A DNA stretch of 64,000 nt from an uncultured virus (IMG/VR IMGVR_UViG_3300024235_000284) (IMGVR_UViG_3300024235_000284), one strand, 5' to 3'; positions 1 through 9,923 are shown, counted from the stretch's first letter. The notes: a model not told the origin generated them from the sequence alone. A program made the numbers and translations.

Positions 1-409
1 CTCCTTGCAAATGCTCCTTGCTCACCACATGTCCCAGACCCTCGTAATCGCTGATCTGACCAGTTTGTTTCCAGTGTTCGATCAAACCCACCGGAATGGC
101 GCTCAACGTGCCCGCGTCAACTGGCAAGCTTGCCACTTCATTGTCATTCACGAACAATTTGTAAGTTCCGTCACCATACGCGGTGCTCCAGCAGTAGAAT
201 GTATATCCAGTCTCTTCGTCTTGTACCTCGGCGATGTAGCTGCGAGGCAGCGGAGTGTTTTCCGGGTTGGCAGCATGCTGTTTCTCGAACGCTTGCCAGT
301 TGTCGCACAATGGACCCCAATGTGAGTCCGGAACCACGTAACATGGGTCACCAATCCAAAAATCGGCGCGAGCGTTGATAACTGTGTCCTGTAATTTATC
401 GTAATTCAT
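1..409 (-). CDS. Conserved phage protein, DUF4241-like (runs off window edge)
   Basis: Not in ORF track. Manual translation MNYDKLQDTVINARADFWIGDPCYVV...STAYGDGTY...VDAGTL. ATG lies 6 nt below a TATAAT. Confidence 0.7.
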   Translation of the reverse strand, partial: MNYDKLQDTVINARADFWIGDPCYVVPDSHWGPLCDNWQAFEKQHAANPENTPLPRSYIAEVQDEETGYTFYCWSTAYGDGTYKLFVNDNEVASLPVDAGTLSAIPVGLIEHWKQTGQISDYEGLGHVVSKEHLQG

Positions 410-415
410 AACATG

Positions 416-444
416 ATTATATGATGTTTCAATTGAATGCGCAA
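416..444 (-). promoter_or_regulatory. Early sigma70-type promoter
   Basis: TTGCGC-17nt-TATAAT, 6 nt before ATG at 409. Confidence 0.8.
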
Positions 445-445
445 C

Positions 446-523
446 TTATCTCCTTGTCTCCATGATCACCAGCATCAAGAAAATCATGCACATCATGATG
501 GTGAACAGTCCGGTGATGGTCAT
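446..523 (-). CDS. Small membrane peptide (25 aa)
   Basis: MTITGLFTIMMCMIFLMLVIMETRR; fills the gap; ATGA overlap with the upstream gene. Confidence 0.45.
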   Translation of the reverse strand: MTITGLFTIMMCMIFLMLVIMETRR

Positions 524-831
524 CCGTATGGATCCAGTTTGGAGTTGGGTATCAACTCCCAGCTTTTGGCATGTGTCTTGGGACTCATCACGTGTCCCAA
601 TCGTTTGAGCCACGTGAGCGCCAGAGTGTAATCCTGTTTCTCAAGCAGCTCGTTCACCATGCTGTACGATTCATCACACAGATCAACCTGGTAATACACC
701 GCGTGTCTTTGCCGATTAGCATCCGCTCTGATCATTCGATGCATGATGTCTTGTGTGGTGGTGTCCTCTTTCAGTGTCATGCTCTCGATGCCATGACAAT
801 CGGCCACTCCTATGTAAGTTTTCAGTCCCAT
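520..831 (-). CDS. Hypothetical protein
   Basis: ORF in tightly packed minus-strand early cluster. Confidence 0.7.
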   Translation of the reverse strand: MGLKTYIGVADCHGIESMTLKEDTTTQDIMHRMIRADANRQRHAVYYQVDLCDESYSMVNELLEKQDYTLALTWLKRLGHVMSPKTHAKSWELIPNSKLDPYG

Positions 832-1088
832 TTGTATCCTATGTCTAGAGTTCTACCGAAAAAATCCAGATGACTCAACGCACGCTTGACATGCTCTTTA
901 AGATCCATGTCTCTGCTGTCCAGTGCGAACTCTTGCAGATCTCTAAGATATGCATAGCTGTTGTAATATGCTTCTCGTACTTTGCCGCTGCGTAACTGTT
1001 CTTCGGCTCGTTGAGCAACGGCCGCTTCCACATCCTCGGCGTCAAGATCCTGGTCTAAAGTTGTTCCGTCTAGATCTGTCTGGCTCAT
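822..1088 (-). CDS. Hypothetical protein
   Basis: Packed minus-strand ORF with overlaps. Confidence 0.7.
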   Translation of the reverse strand: MSQTDLDGTTLDQDLDAEDVEAAVAQRAEEQLRSGKVREAYYNSYAYLRDLQEFALDSRDMDLKEHVKRALSHLDFFGRTLDIGYKWD

Positions 1089-1378
1089 GACAATCCGTGT
1101 ATGTATTGTTCGTTGGCAAGTGTCAATGCATCCACCACTTTTGGTTTGTCCACTTCACGTACTGGTGAACCATCAATTGCTCCTAGATCTGAATTGTATT
1201 TGCTCCGGTTCACATGAGCCAGCACCGCTTTGAATGCTGATTGCACCTCTTGCATGAACTCCGGACTGGCCATTTCTGGTATGTGCTCGATTATGTCGTT
1301 CGGATCATAAACGTTGAGCACGTCTAGAATGGTTTTGAAATCTTGGTCGGTTAGACCGGTTTTTGAGCATCTCATCAT
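1085..1378 (-). CDS. Hypothetical protein
   Basis: Packed minus-strand ORF. Confidence 0.7.
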   Translation of the reverse strand: MMRCSKTGLTDQDFKTILDVLNVYDPNDIIEHIPEMASPEFMQEVQSAFKAVLAHVNRSKYNSDLGAIDGSPVREVDKPKVVDALTLANEQYIHGLS

Positions 1379-1483
1379 AATTGTTCCTTGTGTTTGAGTT
1401 TCCGATGAATGGTTTTGGATCGGACCGCCATGGGTCTTGACCTGGTGAATAAAATTGGTTTTCTAATCTTGTGCATGTTTATA

Positions 1484-1735
1484 TTATAGTGTGTTTTCCG
1501 ATGACGCGCAACTAACTTGTTCAATCAATCTCATGCGCTCGTCACTGACATTCATCAGATGATCGCGAAACGAGCTCCTGCCGCAGCTTGCTGCGTCTAG
1601 TATCTGTTGCAACAGCTCATCCCGGGTGAGGCTGTTGGGATTGTTGACTAGATATCTGGTCACACCCTCGATCCTGCTGAACATGCGTTCAACTTCGATG
1701 CTAGGGTATTCGGCTGGTTCGTTTCCATGGTCCAT
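1484..1735 (-). CDS. Hypothetical protein
   Basis: ORF with AAGGA upstream. Confidence 0.65.
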   Translation of the reverse strand: MDHGNEPAEYPSIEVERMFSRIEGVTRYLVNNPNSLTRDELLQQILDAASCGRSSFRDHLMNVSDERMRLIEQVSCASSENTL

Positions 1736-1751
1736 ATTTTGATTCCTTTTG

Positions 1752-1928
1752 TTAATATTGCAAGTTTTCTAATTGATCCTGGCGCTCTGGAGTGTCTGGT
1801 GGGCACATGTTGCAGTCTTCTGCTTGTTCCTTTAGTTCTAAAAATTTATCCATCATCTTGAGTCCGTAGATTCCAAGATTCTGGTGCATGTGCGTTTCAA
1901 GTTGTTCCCATATGTTTTCGTCGTTCAT
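1752..1928 (-). CDS. Hypothetical protein (leaderless start)
   Basis: MNDENIWEQL...; ATG 6 nt below TATAAT. Confidence 0.65.
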   Translation of the reverse strand: MNDENIWEQLETHMHQNLGIYGLKMMDKFLELKEQAEDCNMCPPDTPERQDQLENLQY

Positions 1929-1934
1929 AACATG

Positions 1935-1963
1935 ATTATATGATATTAACATTGCATGCGCAA
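1935..1963 (-). promoter_or_regulatory. Early sigma70-type promoter
   Basis: TTGCGC-17-TATAAT. Confidence 0.8.
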
Positions 1964-1964
1964 C

Positions 1965-2255
1965 TTATATTGTGTTGGTTTTCTGTTGTAGCAGCGAGGG
2001 AGAGGCAATCTGCACCGCTGGAGAATTGATACTGTCATACAATCGATGCTTGTTGATCAGTGCTCGGTACATCACCCGGGCCTGCTGCACTCGTTTCAAG
2101 TTGGTCCGGATTGTTTGCTGCTCGGTCTTGTTGCGAGGAGCGTCAATCTGATGATTGTTGATGTTGTCCAGCAATCTGAATGCTCCCTCGAGCTGACTCA
2201 ATTTGATTGACAGATCAGATTCTAGATAACCATTGTGATGTTTGTCTGTTTGCAT
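1965..2255 (-). CDS. Hypothetical protein
   Basis: ORF downstream of TTGCAC-17-TATACT. Confidence 0.7.
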   Translation of the reverse strand: MQTDKHHNGYLESDLSIKLSQLEGAFRLLDNINNHQIDAPRNKTEQQTIRTNLKRVQQARVMYRALINKHRLYDSINSPAVQIASPSLLQQKTNTI

Positions 2256-2297
2256 GTCATTAGTATACCATCAGACACGCAAATGTGCAACTGATGA

Positions 2298-2474
2298 TCA
2301 CTTGCGGAAAATCCAGTTGTCCACATGATAGAATATGTTGGCTCCAACACATTGAAATGCAACCACACTCAACCACACTGGCCATTGCATGTACTCACCA
2401 AAAAACCACATGCAGGGATAACAAACCACAAAACCAGCCTGCCATCTCAAGTTGTACTTAATGTATCTCTTCAC
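2298..2474 (-). CDS. Small membrane protein
   Basis: GTG start overlapping the upstream stop; two hydrophobic segments. Confidence 0.55.
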   Translation of the reverse strand: MKRYIKYNLRWQAGFVVCYPCMWFFGEYMQWPVWLSVVAFQCVGANIFYHVDNWIFRK

Positions 2475-2656
2475 TTGTAACGTCTCACACCCCACCACAC
2501 TCTTCTCAACAATCTGCCCAGCTTGACAACGCAGCTCCAATCACCTGCTTGTCGACACAGCTTGATTTGTTTCTCCGTGTCTTTGTATTTGCGACTGGTG
2601 TGTTTGCGTTGCATGTATGTCAATATCCATGGTGGTTTTCTGTCTTTACGATTCAT
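2471..2656 (-). CDS. Basic hypothetical protein
   Basis: Packed ORF. Confidence 0.55.
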   Translation of the reverse strand: MNRKDRKPPWILTYMQRKHTSRKYKDTEKQIKLCRQAGDWSCVVKLGRLLRRVWWGVRRYK

Positions 2657-3086
2657 TCCACAAATTATTTATGGCCGACATGCTGTTGTTTTTGTTGAGT
2701 GTCCAGAACTGGTACAAACATTTACCAGCATGTGGGTAGTCATGAGCGGCTTGATACAGATACACGCCAGACATGTCGATGTCCAGGTGCTTGTGTGGAT
2801 CATGCAACTTGGTCACCATCAACTCGAACTCTTTGTGTTGGTGTTCATCATGCAACAAAATGTGTATGCCCGGTTTGTGTTGCAACATGCCCCCCATCAA
2901 TCGTTTGCAATAGTCAACATCATGTCTCAATGGTGCCATCTTGACAGTTTGTATGTCACAGTCAATGTCACCAACTCCGCACATCACCAGATGTGTCGCG
3001 CAGTGGTCATGAAATTTGTTGAGTTTTGCTCGGAACAGACTCTCGGTGCTGTTATGAAACAGATGTTTTGTCGTCTCGTGAGACAT
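2646..3086 (-). CDS. Hypothetical protein
   Basis: Packed ORF. Confidence 0.65.
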   Translation of the reverse strand: MSHETTKHLFHNSTESLFRAKLNKFHDHCATHLVMCGVGDIDCDIQTVKMAPLRHDVDYCKRLMGGMLQHKPGIHILLHDEHQHKEFELMVTKLHDPHKHLDIDMSGVYLYQAAHDYPHAGKCLYQFWTLNKNNSMSAINNLWNES

Positions 3087-3663
3087 TCTTGTTGGTGATG
3101 TTGTTTATCGTGTGTCTCAAACGTCTTCTGCGTCTTTGTAATGATGCGATCTCTCCGGTCAATTTGTTGATCTCTGTTTTCAAATACCTTTTGTTTTTCA
3201 TGCGTTTATATTTACGAGTTGGTTTTAATATTTCAACGGTTCTGTTGTCATGCTGATTGTACAGTATGTACCATTGATTGTAACAATTGTCACGTGACCA
3301 TCTTTCGAATCTACTGGAGAACGATTTGTCCCATATACTTGTGTGTTCATCTGCGTAGCTGTACTGTGTGGCTATCCACACGCGCAATTCATTCATGTGG
3401 CGGCGATGTTTGGTCACCTGATACATTTTGTCCCACAATGGTACATCTTGATTCCGCTCTGGACCATGCGCCGGTGTGTGTTGCTTGATGTAATTGTACA
3501 AATACTCAATCTCCGGGGTGGTCAAACCTTGCAAGGTCTCCATCTTGACATAAGCGATGTCACATTGCTCTCGATTCTGTGGATGTGGGAGATCATGATC
3601 CAACCGGATCATCAAACCTCTGTCATAATCAAACATTGAACCATCACTCAATTGTCTGTACAT
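3052..3663 (-). CDS. Hypothetical protein
   Basis: 203 aa; ATG 6 nt below TATAAT. Confidence 0.75.
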   Translation of the reverse strand: MYRQLSDGSMFDYDRGLMIRLDHDLPHPQNREQCDIAYVKMETLQGLTTPEIEYLYNYIKQHTPAHGPERNQDVPLWDKMYQVTKHRRHMNELRVWIATQYSYADEHTSIWDKSFSSRFERWSRDNCYNQWYILYNQHDNRTVEILKPTRKYKRMKNKRYLKTEINKLTGEIASLQRRRRRLRHTINNITNKNVSRDDKTSVS

Positions 3664-3669
3664 TTGTAT

Positions 3670-3698
3670 ATTATAACATGTTACGATGAACAGTACAA
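3670..3698 (-). promoter_or_regulatory. Early sigma70-type promoter
   Basis: TTGTAC-17-TATAAT. Confidence 0.7.
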
Positions 3699-3859
3699 CT
3701 AATATTTCGCGATCCAGATCACAACAAACATTATGACCATGCTGATCAACATGAGATCTGTGGTGTTGTGCCTGTGTTTCTCTCGTTTTGGTTCGTGTTT
3801 GTTTGAAGGAAATCTCCCATGGTTGCCCATGCCGTCATAATCCATATCGTCGTGTTGTT

Positions 3860-4216
3860 TCATGTTGAGTGGTGTTTGATTTGTCTGGCCAGTTGAAGCA
3901 GAATCTTGTCTGCATCCAGGTGAGCTCGTTCACGCATCAGTTCATCCAGCGTGGAGGGTGCGTCAACTCTCACACCATGTGATTGTAACGTGGTTACCAC
4001 GTTGATGTACTGTGCTCTTGCCTGTCTCCATTTGTCAGGATCCTTGATCATGGATCTCATGATCCTTTTCTTGATGGTCTCGTCACTCAAAAATATTTTG
4101 GCGGTTCTAATTTTTGCAGCAGTGGTCTCCAACTTTGTGATAGCAGATGTGTCAATTTCTGCTTTGATGTCAGTTGTGACAACTGTGGCTAACAATAGTA
4201 TCATGTGTTTTCTCAT
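3860..4216 (-). CDS. Hypothetical exported protein
   Basis: MRKHMILLLATVVTTDIKA signal-like N-terminus. Confidence 0.6.
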   Translation of the reverse strand: MRKHMILLLATVVTTDIKAEIDTSAITKLETTAAKIRTAKIFLSDETIKKRIMRSMIKDPDKWRQARAQYINVVTTLQSHGVRVDAPSTLDELMRERAHLDADKILLQLARQIKHHST

Positions 4217-4409
4217 GAGTCTTGTCTCTCCTTTGATTGTTGTTCGATGTGTTTGTTGAAATGATGTCTCCACGTGCATACACCGATGATACACATGATT
4301 ATCGTGGTTGTTATGATGTAAATCATGGTTTATTGTTGTTCAGTCATGTGCAACACAGCTATTATCAAACACAACACGAAAAACCCACCACACCAGATGA
4401 TCATCTGCA

Positions 4410-4778
4410 TCATGCGGTGGTTTTCAGTTGACTCATGTTGCTGAATCTGTGGTTGTATCTGGTACGCTTGAACACCCTGCATGCGGTTCCGAACTCCGGT
4501 TCCTGTTGCACGATTTTCATCAACACCGTGATCTCTTCATGATTGACCCAGCCCAGCACCGTGTCGTCGTTGTCACCTTGAAGAGGCACTGGTGCGTCAT
4601 GTCCATCTTGAAACAACGCAAATTCATACGTGTCATGAGTGGGGCCATCGCCGTAACAACTGTCACCATAAATCACACTGACAGTGTACCCGTTGATGTC
4701 GATCGTGGCGGCATGTTTGCCTGCCCGGAACGGGTCCGGTTTGAAGTTTAAATCAGCAAATGTTTTGTGTTGTGTCAT
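4410..4778 (-). CDS. Conserved phage hypothetical protein
   Basis: GYTVSVIYG..YG...YEFA...VLGW pattern; ATG 6 nt below TATAAT. Confidence 0.75.
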   Translation of the reverse strand: MTQHKTFADLNFKPDPFRAGKHAATIDINGYTVSVIYGDSCYGDGPTHDTYEFALFQDGHDAPVPLQGDNDDTVLGWVNHEEITVLMKIVQQEPEFGTACRVFKRTRYNHRFSNMSQLKTTA

Positions 4779-4784
4779 GTTGTT

Positions 4785-4813
4785 ATTATAGTGCGTGTTA
4801 ACTTTTGGGGCAA
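4785..4813 (-). promoter_or_regulatory. Early sigma70-type promoter
   Basis: TTGCCC-17-TATAAT. Confidence 0.75.
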
Positions 4814-5043
4814 CTTTGATTTTGATAATACATCAAAGCGCGCTTCCAGTAAGCTTCATAAGCCGCGCTGTCATAACCATATCCAGCATCCCACACCAGT
4901 GTCATGTACTCTTGATAATCCTGCTCCAGTTGTGCGTTGGTCAACATGTCTTGAATCTGACAATTGTATCGTTCGCGTTGATCATCAGATTTAGCAAAAT
5001 GCTCCTCCCATGCATCATCCACTTGTTGTGTGCTGCTATACAT
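4798..5043 (-). CDS. Hypothetical protein
   Basis: Packed ORF. Confidence 0.6.
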   Translation of the reverse strand: MYSSTQQVDDAWEEHFAKSDDQRERYNCQIQDMLTNAQLEQDYQEYMTLVWDAGYGYDSAAYEAYWKRALMYYQNQSCPKS

Positions 5044-5130
5044 TGTTAATGAGCAACATCACAACAATCAACAAACACAATGGCAATATCAACCATCTCC
5101 AGATGCACATTATCAAATGATCTGTAATTC

Positions 5131-5493
5131 TCATGCGCGATTTGTCTGCTCGTGTGTTATGGGATGGTTGATGAATTGTATCAGATCAGCGGCTAGCCAG
5201 CTGCTCTTACCACCCAGATTCCATTCTGTGATATCCTCGACGTCGAGGCCATCCTCTCCATGATACGTCTTGCATTGCTTGTAATCATATATGGCGGTCA
5301 CTCCCTTGAATTCTCCATCATGCATGTGTTCCACATGCCACTCAGCACTTGTTTTGTATTCATCTGTTCTGATGACTGGATCACCAAACATGTTGACAAG
5401 GTGCTTGTAGGTGCATGTTAGATAGCCCATGTTACCACTGCCTACAATGTGTTTGCTAGGTTTGGCCAGGCTGGTGTATGTTTTGTGTGTCAT
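5131..5493 (-). CDS. Conserved phage hypothetical protein
   Basis: FGDP...KTSAEW...IYDYK...EWNLGG pattern; GGAG upstream. Confidence 0.75.
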   Translation of the reverse strand: MTHKTYTSLAKPSKHIVGSGNMGYLTCTYKHLVNMFGDPVIRTDEYKTSAEWHVEHMHDGEFKGVTAIYDYKQCKTYHGEDGLDVEDITEWNLGGKSSWLAADLIQFINHPITHEQTNRA

Positions 5494-5513
5494 GCTGTTG
5501 TCTCCAGGTTATG

Positions 5514-5744
5514 TCACCATTTGGTGATGCTGGTGTCGTTCACATGCTCAAGCTTGCGATCCGCGGAATCCGCCAGTTCATCAAACCAGCGGATCATCAA
5601 CACGTCTGATGGATCTTTCACCGGTCGCTCACGTAATGTGTCCGCTTTGCGACGAGCATCTGCACCTAGCTCATGTATTGATTCTAATGCCTGAAACCGG
5701 CTCACTTTCCCCACCGGTAGATTGAGTATATCGTTAAATGTCAT
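5514..5744 (-). CDS. Hypothetical protein
   Basis: ATG 6 nt below TATAAT. Confidence 0.7.
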   Translation of the reverse strand: MTFNDILNLPVGKVSRFQALESIHELGADARRKADTLRERPVKDPSDVLMIRWFDELADSADRKLEHVNDTSITKW

Positions 5745-5750
5745 ATCATG

Positions 5751-5779
5751 ATTATATGCACATGTGACAAGATGCGCAA
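5751..5779 (-). promoter_or_regulatory. Early sigma70-type promoter
   Basis: TTGCGC-17-TATAAT. Confidence 0.8.
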
Positions 5780-5780
5780 C

Positions 5781-6083
5781 TTACAATTCAGTTGGTTCTT
5801 GTTGCAGCACCATGTATTGTGCCAGGCAATTTTCAATCCATTCGTTGAATGACAATCCTTGCTCATGAGCATGTTGCATGTATTTGAACAGCTCAACATC
5901 ATCAAACTCAAGCTCCACAGTTTCATATTTGACTCGCTTGATCATAAATGAATTGTCATTCTGCTCGACGAACTTGACAGTGTCACCCTCGCTCCAACCA
6001 AGCCGAGTCAGCACGTCCTCCGGGATGCTGAAAAACAATTCACCGTTCTCATCTTCTTTTATATCTAATTTGTTTGTTTTCAT
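5781..6083 (-). CDS. AbrB/MazE/SpoVT-family DNA-binding protein
   Basis: FFSIPEDVLTRLGWSEGDTVKF motif; start moved to 6083 because the ORF-track start lies inside the tRNA. Confidence 0.75.
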   Translation of the reverse strand: MKTNKLDIKEDENGELFFSIPEDVLTRLGWSEGDTVKFVEQNDNSFMIKRVKYETVELEFDDVELFKYMQHAHEQGLSFNEWIENCLAQYMVLQQEPTEL

Positions 6084-6089
6084 GTAAAT

Positions 6090-6165
6090 TGGAGCCACCT
6101 GTCGGGATCGAACCGACGACCACCTGATTACAAATCAGGTGCTCTACCAGCTGAGCTAAGATGGC
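6090..6165 (-). tRNA. trnT: tRNA-Thr(UGU)
   Basis: GCCATCTTAGCTCAGCTGGTAGAGCACCTGATTTGTAATCAGGTGGTCGTCGGTTCGATCCCGACAGGTGGCTCCA; full cloverleaf, encoded CCA. Confidence 0.97.
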
Positions 6166-6199
6166 GAAATTAGTTATCATATTGTTTGCTCATGATTGT

Positions 6200-6228
6200 A
6201 TTATAGTATATTTCGGGGTTGTTATCAA
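6200..6228 (-). promoter_or_regulatory. Promoter upstream of tRNA-Thr
   Basis: TTGATA-17-TATAAT. Confidence 0.7.
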
Positions 6229-6413
6229 CTTATGTTCCACGTGGTAGCCTTCAATGGTAATGAGATGGCAGCGAAATTCAATTGACATGAGTCCATTTGA
6301 TTGAGTTTCTCTTTGTTTTTTTCTAGATAGGCTTTCATCTTGGTCTCTGACTTGAAGTTGACCAGATCTCGTTTGCCTTGATGTTTGAACACTATGTTAT
6401 ATTTGTATTTCAT
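6225..6413 (-). CDS. Hypothetical protein
   Basis: ATGA overlap with the neighbour. Confidence 0.6.
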   Translation of the reverse strand: MKYKYNIVFKHQGKRDLVNFKSETKMKAYLEKNKEKLNQMDSCQLNFAAISLPLKATTWNIS

Positions 6414-6685
6414 TTTGTTTTGTCTCTCTTTCTCTTGAGCAATCCTGGATTGTGTTTATATTTGTCCAGGTATGGTCGATACGAATCTGTAACCATGTGC
6501 ACCTTGAGGGAGTTTAAATATTCCTGCTTGTCACTCCACACTTTGTTGTTGGTGTCCAACCAGGCGCTAAGAAGCATAGCTTTGTTGTATAATGGGTAAA
6601 CCAACCAGCCAGTGAGGTTGTATCTTAACAACATTGACAACATGTCTCCTGTGTGATACAACAGTCTGGACAGTAGAGTTCTCAT
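6410..6685 (-). CDS. Hypothetical protein
   Basis: ORF immediately after tRNA. Confidence 0.6.
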   Translation of the reverse strand: MRTLLSRLLYHTGDMLSMLLRYNLTGWLVYPLYNKAMLLSAWLDTNNKVWSDKQEYLNSLKVHMVTDSYRPYLDKYKHNPGLLKRKRDKTK

Positions 6686-6689
6686 CAGA

Positions 6690-6766
<77 letters not shown>

Positions 6767-6819
6767 TTTGAATAAATATGTGCATGATACATCACGTTAC
6801 AATACCTCAAATATTCGCT

Positions 6820-7074
6820 CTAGCTTGTCTGACTGTGGCAATCGTGGTCATCTTCTGACCATTCTGGTGGCAACTCAACAGTCTCATCTGATTTGTGTAC
6901 CGGTTCTGGAAACCAGGTTTCTAAATCCTCTGTGAACAAATCATCGACTGTGTGTGGATGGTACCCGACCTGCACCAGCAATCCTTTGAACATATTTACA
7001 ACCTTGTTGATGTGTTCGGCATCGTTTTCCGCGGTGAAAGTACCACCACTGTATGGTTCAATAGTTATTTTCAT
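6820..7074 (-). CDS. Hypothetical protein
   Basis: ORF. Confidence 0.65.
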   Translation of the reverse strand: MKITIEPYSGGTFTAENDAEHINKVVNMFKGLLVQVGYHPHTVDDLFTEDLETWFPEPVHKSDETVELPPEWSEDDHDCHSQTS

Positions 7075-7297
7075 GTTATATGGTTGTGTTGTGTGTGCAT
7101 GTCATTTTTCCGCCACGCTCAACATGTGCAGCAATTTTTGTAGATTGTCTTGATTCGCGTCAAGTGTCAATTTTGCTATCGCTAATTTCAATTGTCTTGC
7201 TACTGCAGCTTGCCGAGTCTCTATATCTCGTGTGTGTTGTTGATGTGTGATATCTTTCAATCTGGTTATATCTTCTTGGTGCATGTTGTTTGTGGTG

Positions 7298-7528
7298 TTA
7301 AAATGTATCGTCTTGTAGTAACTTGTCTGCAACTTTCAACTCCTGAATTAATTTGATGTGACTATATTTGTTTAGAGTCTGAAAACCTATCAACACATTC
7401 AACAACTCATCTTCTGTTGGTTGATGCTCTGCCGGGTGGTCTCCAATCATGTAAATTAAAAGCTCCGCCACAGTGTCTGTTTGATCTTTCAACTCCTGGA
7501 CTCGTTTGATTGTTTCGATGTGTTTCAT
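7298..7528 (-). CDS. Hypothetical protein
   Basis: ORF. Confidence 0.6.
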   Translation of the reverse strand: MKHIETIKRVQELKDQTDTVAELLIYMIGDHPAEHQPTEDELLNVLIGFQTLNKYSHIKLIQELKVADKLLQDDTF

Positions 7529-7555
7529 AACGTAATTGTAATGTGTTATGTTGAT

Positions 7556-7825
7556 TCAGGCAACTCCAAAGTCATCACAAAGTTTATCAAACCATTCAAC
7601 TTCGTATGACAATCTAGCTTCATTGGATTTGTTGTTCAGATGCCACACCAGACTGGTCAGTTGATCGCTCACCTGTTGCATCAACTCCATGCTGTCCGGA
7701 TCTCCGGAGTCGGCATCAGATATTATTTGCCCCCACACATCACTACCAAACCAGCGATCCATCAACCGAGCAGCCTCTATACCCTCATCACTCATCAACC
7801 AGGACGTATCTAAACGTGGTGCCAT
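7556..7825 (-). CDS. Hypothetical protein
   Basis: ORF. Confidence 0.65.
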   Translation of the reverse strand: MAPRLDTSWLMSDEGIEAARLMDRWFGSDVWGQIISDADSGDPDSMELMQQVSDQLTSLVWHLNNKSNEARLSYEVEWFDKLCDDFGVA

Positions 7826-7941
7826 TCATGGCTAGACCTCTGTTGAGTGTGTGAGCTTCATGTTCAGTCAATTGTGTCTCGCGTTCTGGTAACACTGGTT
7901 TTGGTTTGCTCCAGTCTATCAATTTGTACGTTTTTGGTTGT

Positions 7942-8193
7942 CTAACTATCTCTGTGTTCATCGTAATGCCCTTTGCGGATCAACAGCTTCAGATCACCCA
8001 CGAGTCTGATCTGATGTTGCAACACGAAATCCTCGTCATAACGCATCCAGCCTTCGCTTTCCGCCACGACACGCTTGTGTCTCAGTCCTTCTAAATATTT
8101 GTTCAACAGCTCATGAGCATGGGCTGTGCCTGCTGTGAATCCGCGGTCGTAACCACGTTCTTCAGCTATTTGTTCGATCATCTCATCATGCAT
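7942..8193 (-). CDS. Hypothetical protein
   Basis: ORF. Confidence 0.6.
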   Translation of the reverse strand: MHDEMIEQIAEERGYDRGFTAGTAHAHELLNKYLEGLRHKRVVAESEGWMRYDEDFVLQHQIRLVGDLKLLIRKGHYDEHRDS

Positions 8194-8256
8194 GTGTTTA
8201 TCGGTGTCTCAAAATTGTGTTGTATGTCGCTTAAATGTTGCTGGAGGAGTTGGTTC

Positions 8257-8619
8257 TCATTGTGTGATTGGAAGTGGTGTGATCCAACCAGCACCACCAT
8301 GCAATTCAGCAGTGTCAGCGGGTTGTTGAAACTCCCCTAGATCCAACAACTCCACTATCTTGTCCGCTTGTTTGCTCTTGAGAGGCAATCGTTCTCCATT
8401 GACCCACACTTGATATGGCATGGTGCCATTGATGTTGAACGGAGCCGGCAGGCTGTTGACCTGAATGCCCGGTTGAGCCGCTTGTAGTCGTCCGAACGGA
8501 TTGAATGATGTTGGTGTCTGTCGCGCCATCTCCGGTTGCTCTGTCTCGTGATGTTGTGTGATGCTCACGATCAAAAACACAAGCACCCCACAATTGATTA
8601 GAAATAGTATTCTGTTCAT
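8257..8619 (-). CDS. Membrane-anchored hypothetical protein
   Basis: N-terminal hydrophobic helix. Confidence 0.65.
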   Translation of the reverse strand: MNRILFLINCGVLVFLIVSITQHHETEQPEMARQTPTSFNPFGRLQAAQPGIQVNSLPAPFNINGTMPYQVWVNGERLPLKSKQADKIVELLDLGEFQQPADTAELHGGAGWITPLPITQ

Positions 8620-8628
8620 AGCGTGTAT

Positions 8629-8883
8629 TTATGTATTATTCTTAAACTCTTCACTTGTCAATTGTCCCACTGGTGTCTCGAATATTTTTTTGGCATGATC
8701 CAACACGGTGAACATGTGATGCCAGTACCAACTGTCCTCGGTGCTGCTGTCAGCATTGATCTGTTCAGCGTACAACTGTCTGAACGATTCTTGCCGATCC
8801 TCAATTGCCGCGACCACTTGTGAGTCAATCGGGAGTGGGTGCCATCTTGGTTTACTCATCTTCTTGAAAATATATGTCGTCAA
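8629..8883 (-). CDS. Hypothetical protein
   Basis: ORF; start uncertain. Confidence 0.55.
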   Translation of the reverse strand: MTTYIFKKMSKPRWHPLPIDSQVVAAIEDRQESFRQLYAEQINADSSTEDSWYWHHMFTVLDHAKKIFETPVGQLTSEEFKNNT

Positions 8884-9091
8884 AACACACCAGTTGTCTC
8901 ACCGGCATGTCTTTTGATTTCATTGTCCATCCTCCTGCAGGTGGTTTGTCGCCAGGCATGCCAACGAATGGTCGGTCGTACGCTACTGCGGTCCCTACTT
9001 CAACTGGTTGATCGTTGTGGTGATATCGAAACTGTTGTGCTTCTTCAAAATCATCTACCACATAGATGTCTGTTGATTTGTAACTCATCAC
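8852..9091 (-). CDS. Hypothetical protein
   Basis: ORF. Confidence 0.55.
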   Translation of the reverse strand: MMSYKSTDIYVVDDFEEAQQFRYHHNDQPVEVGTAVAYDRPFVGMPGDKPPAGGWTMKSKDMPVRQLVCFDDIYFQEDE

Positions 9092-9306
9092 CTGTCTAAC
9101 AACTTGTAAAGTCGTTCAATTTGTGTGGTTATCAACATCAAGACCACCAACATTCCTACTGTGTTTATAATAATTGTCATCATTTTAATACTTTCTGTTC
9201 CAATAATTATATATTATGTGAACCACCATTGCAACTACCATCACATGAAAAATCCAGAAAAATGGATCATGTTTGGATCGTTCGAATATATCCACAATGA
9301 ACTCAA

Positions 9307-9504
9307 TCATGACTTGTCTGGTCCCCAGAAACCACACACGCATGGCTTGTTGTCTTGTTGATTGGCACCGGCTTTGTATCCCTTGTCATAAGCTTCAGTC
9401 TTGAGCTTGAGAATGTATTTGTTTAATGCATTCCATAGATCATCATCAGATAGCTGAGAGTCACTGCTCTTCACAAAATCCTTAAATTCCTCATCTGTCA
9501 TCAT
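9307..9504 (-). CDS. Hypothetical protein
   Basis: ATGA overlap. Confidence 0.55.
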   Translation of the reverse strand: MMTDEEFKDFVKSSDSQLSDDDLWNALNKYILKLKTEAYDKGYKAGANQQDNKPCVCGFWGPDKS

Positions 9505-9663
9505 TTAACGCTCTTCTCAATTGCTACCAATGTATTGATAAATTTAATTGCAGATTGTACCCGATGGCGATTTGGTAGTTGCCCCCAGCTTATTCTGCTT
9601 TGTGACTCTTCTAATATCGACTGCACCGTGTGCAGCATGTCTAGTTTGTCTTGTTGTGTCATA

Positions 9664-9885
9664 TCAAATATGAGCTGTGTTGACCGCACCAGCTTTCTTG
9701 GTGGCACTGCGTCCATGACGACCCGGCTGATATCCTTTCCAGTTGCTATATGTTGCGGCATCCATCACTTGAATGCGTCCAGCGGTCTTGTGATCGTATA
9801 TCATCACGCCTCGATAAGGCACAACTTCTGGTTTCACCTTGGGTGGAAGCTTGCCTAGTATGTCATCAATTAATTTATTGCTCAT
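9664..9885 (-). CDS. Hypothetical protein
   Basis: ATG 6 nt below TACAAT of TTGCGT-17-TACAAT. Confidence 0.65.
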   Translation of the reverse strand: MSNKLIDDILGKLPPKVKPEVVPYRGVMIYDHKTAGRIQVMDAATYSNWKGYQPGRHGRSATKKAGAVNTAHI

Positions 9886-9923
9886 ACGTGTATTGTATGA
9901 AACAACACATGAACACGCAACTT

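Noticed and set aside
5781..6083. Toxin-antitoxin pair around the AbrB/MazE-like gene
   Set aside because: No adjacent recognisable toxin; neighbours are a tRNA and a separately promoted gene.
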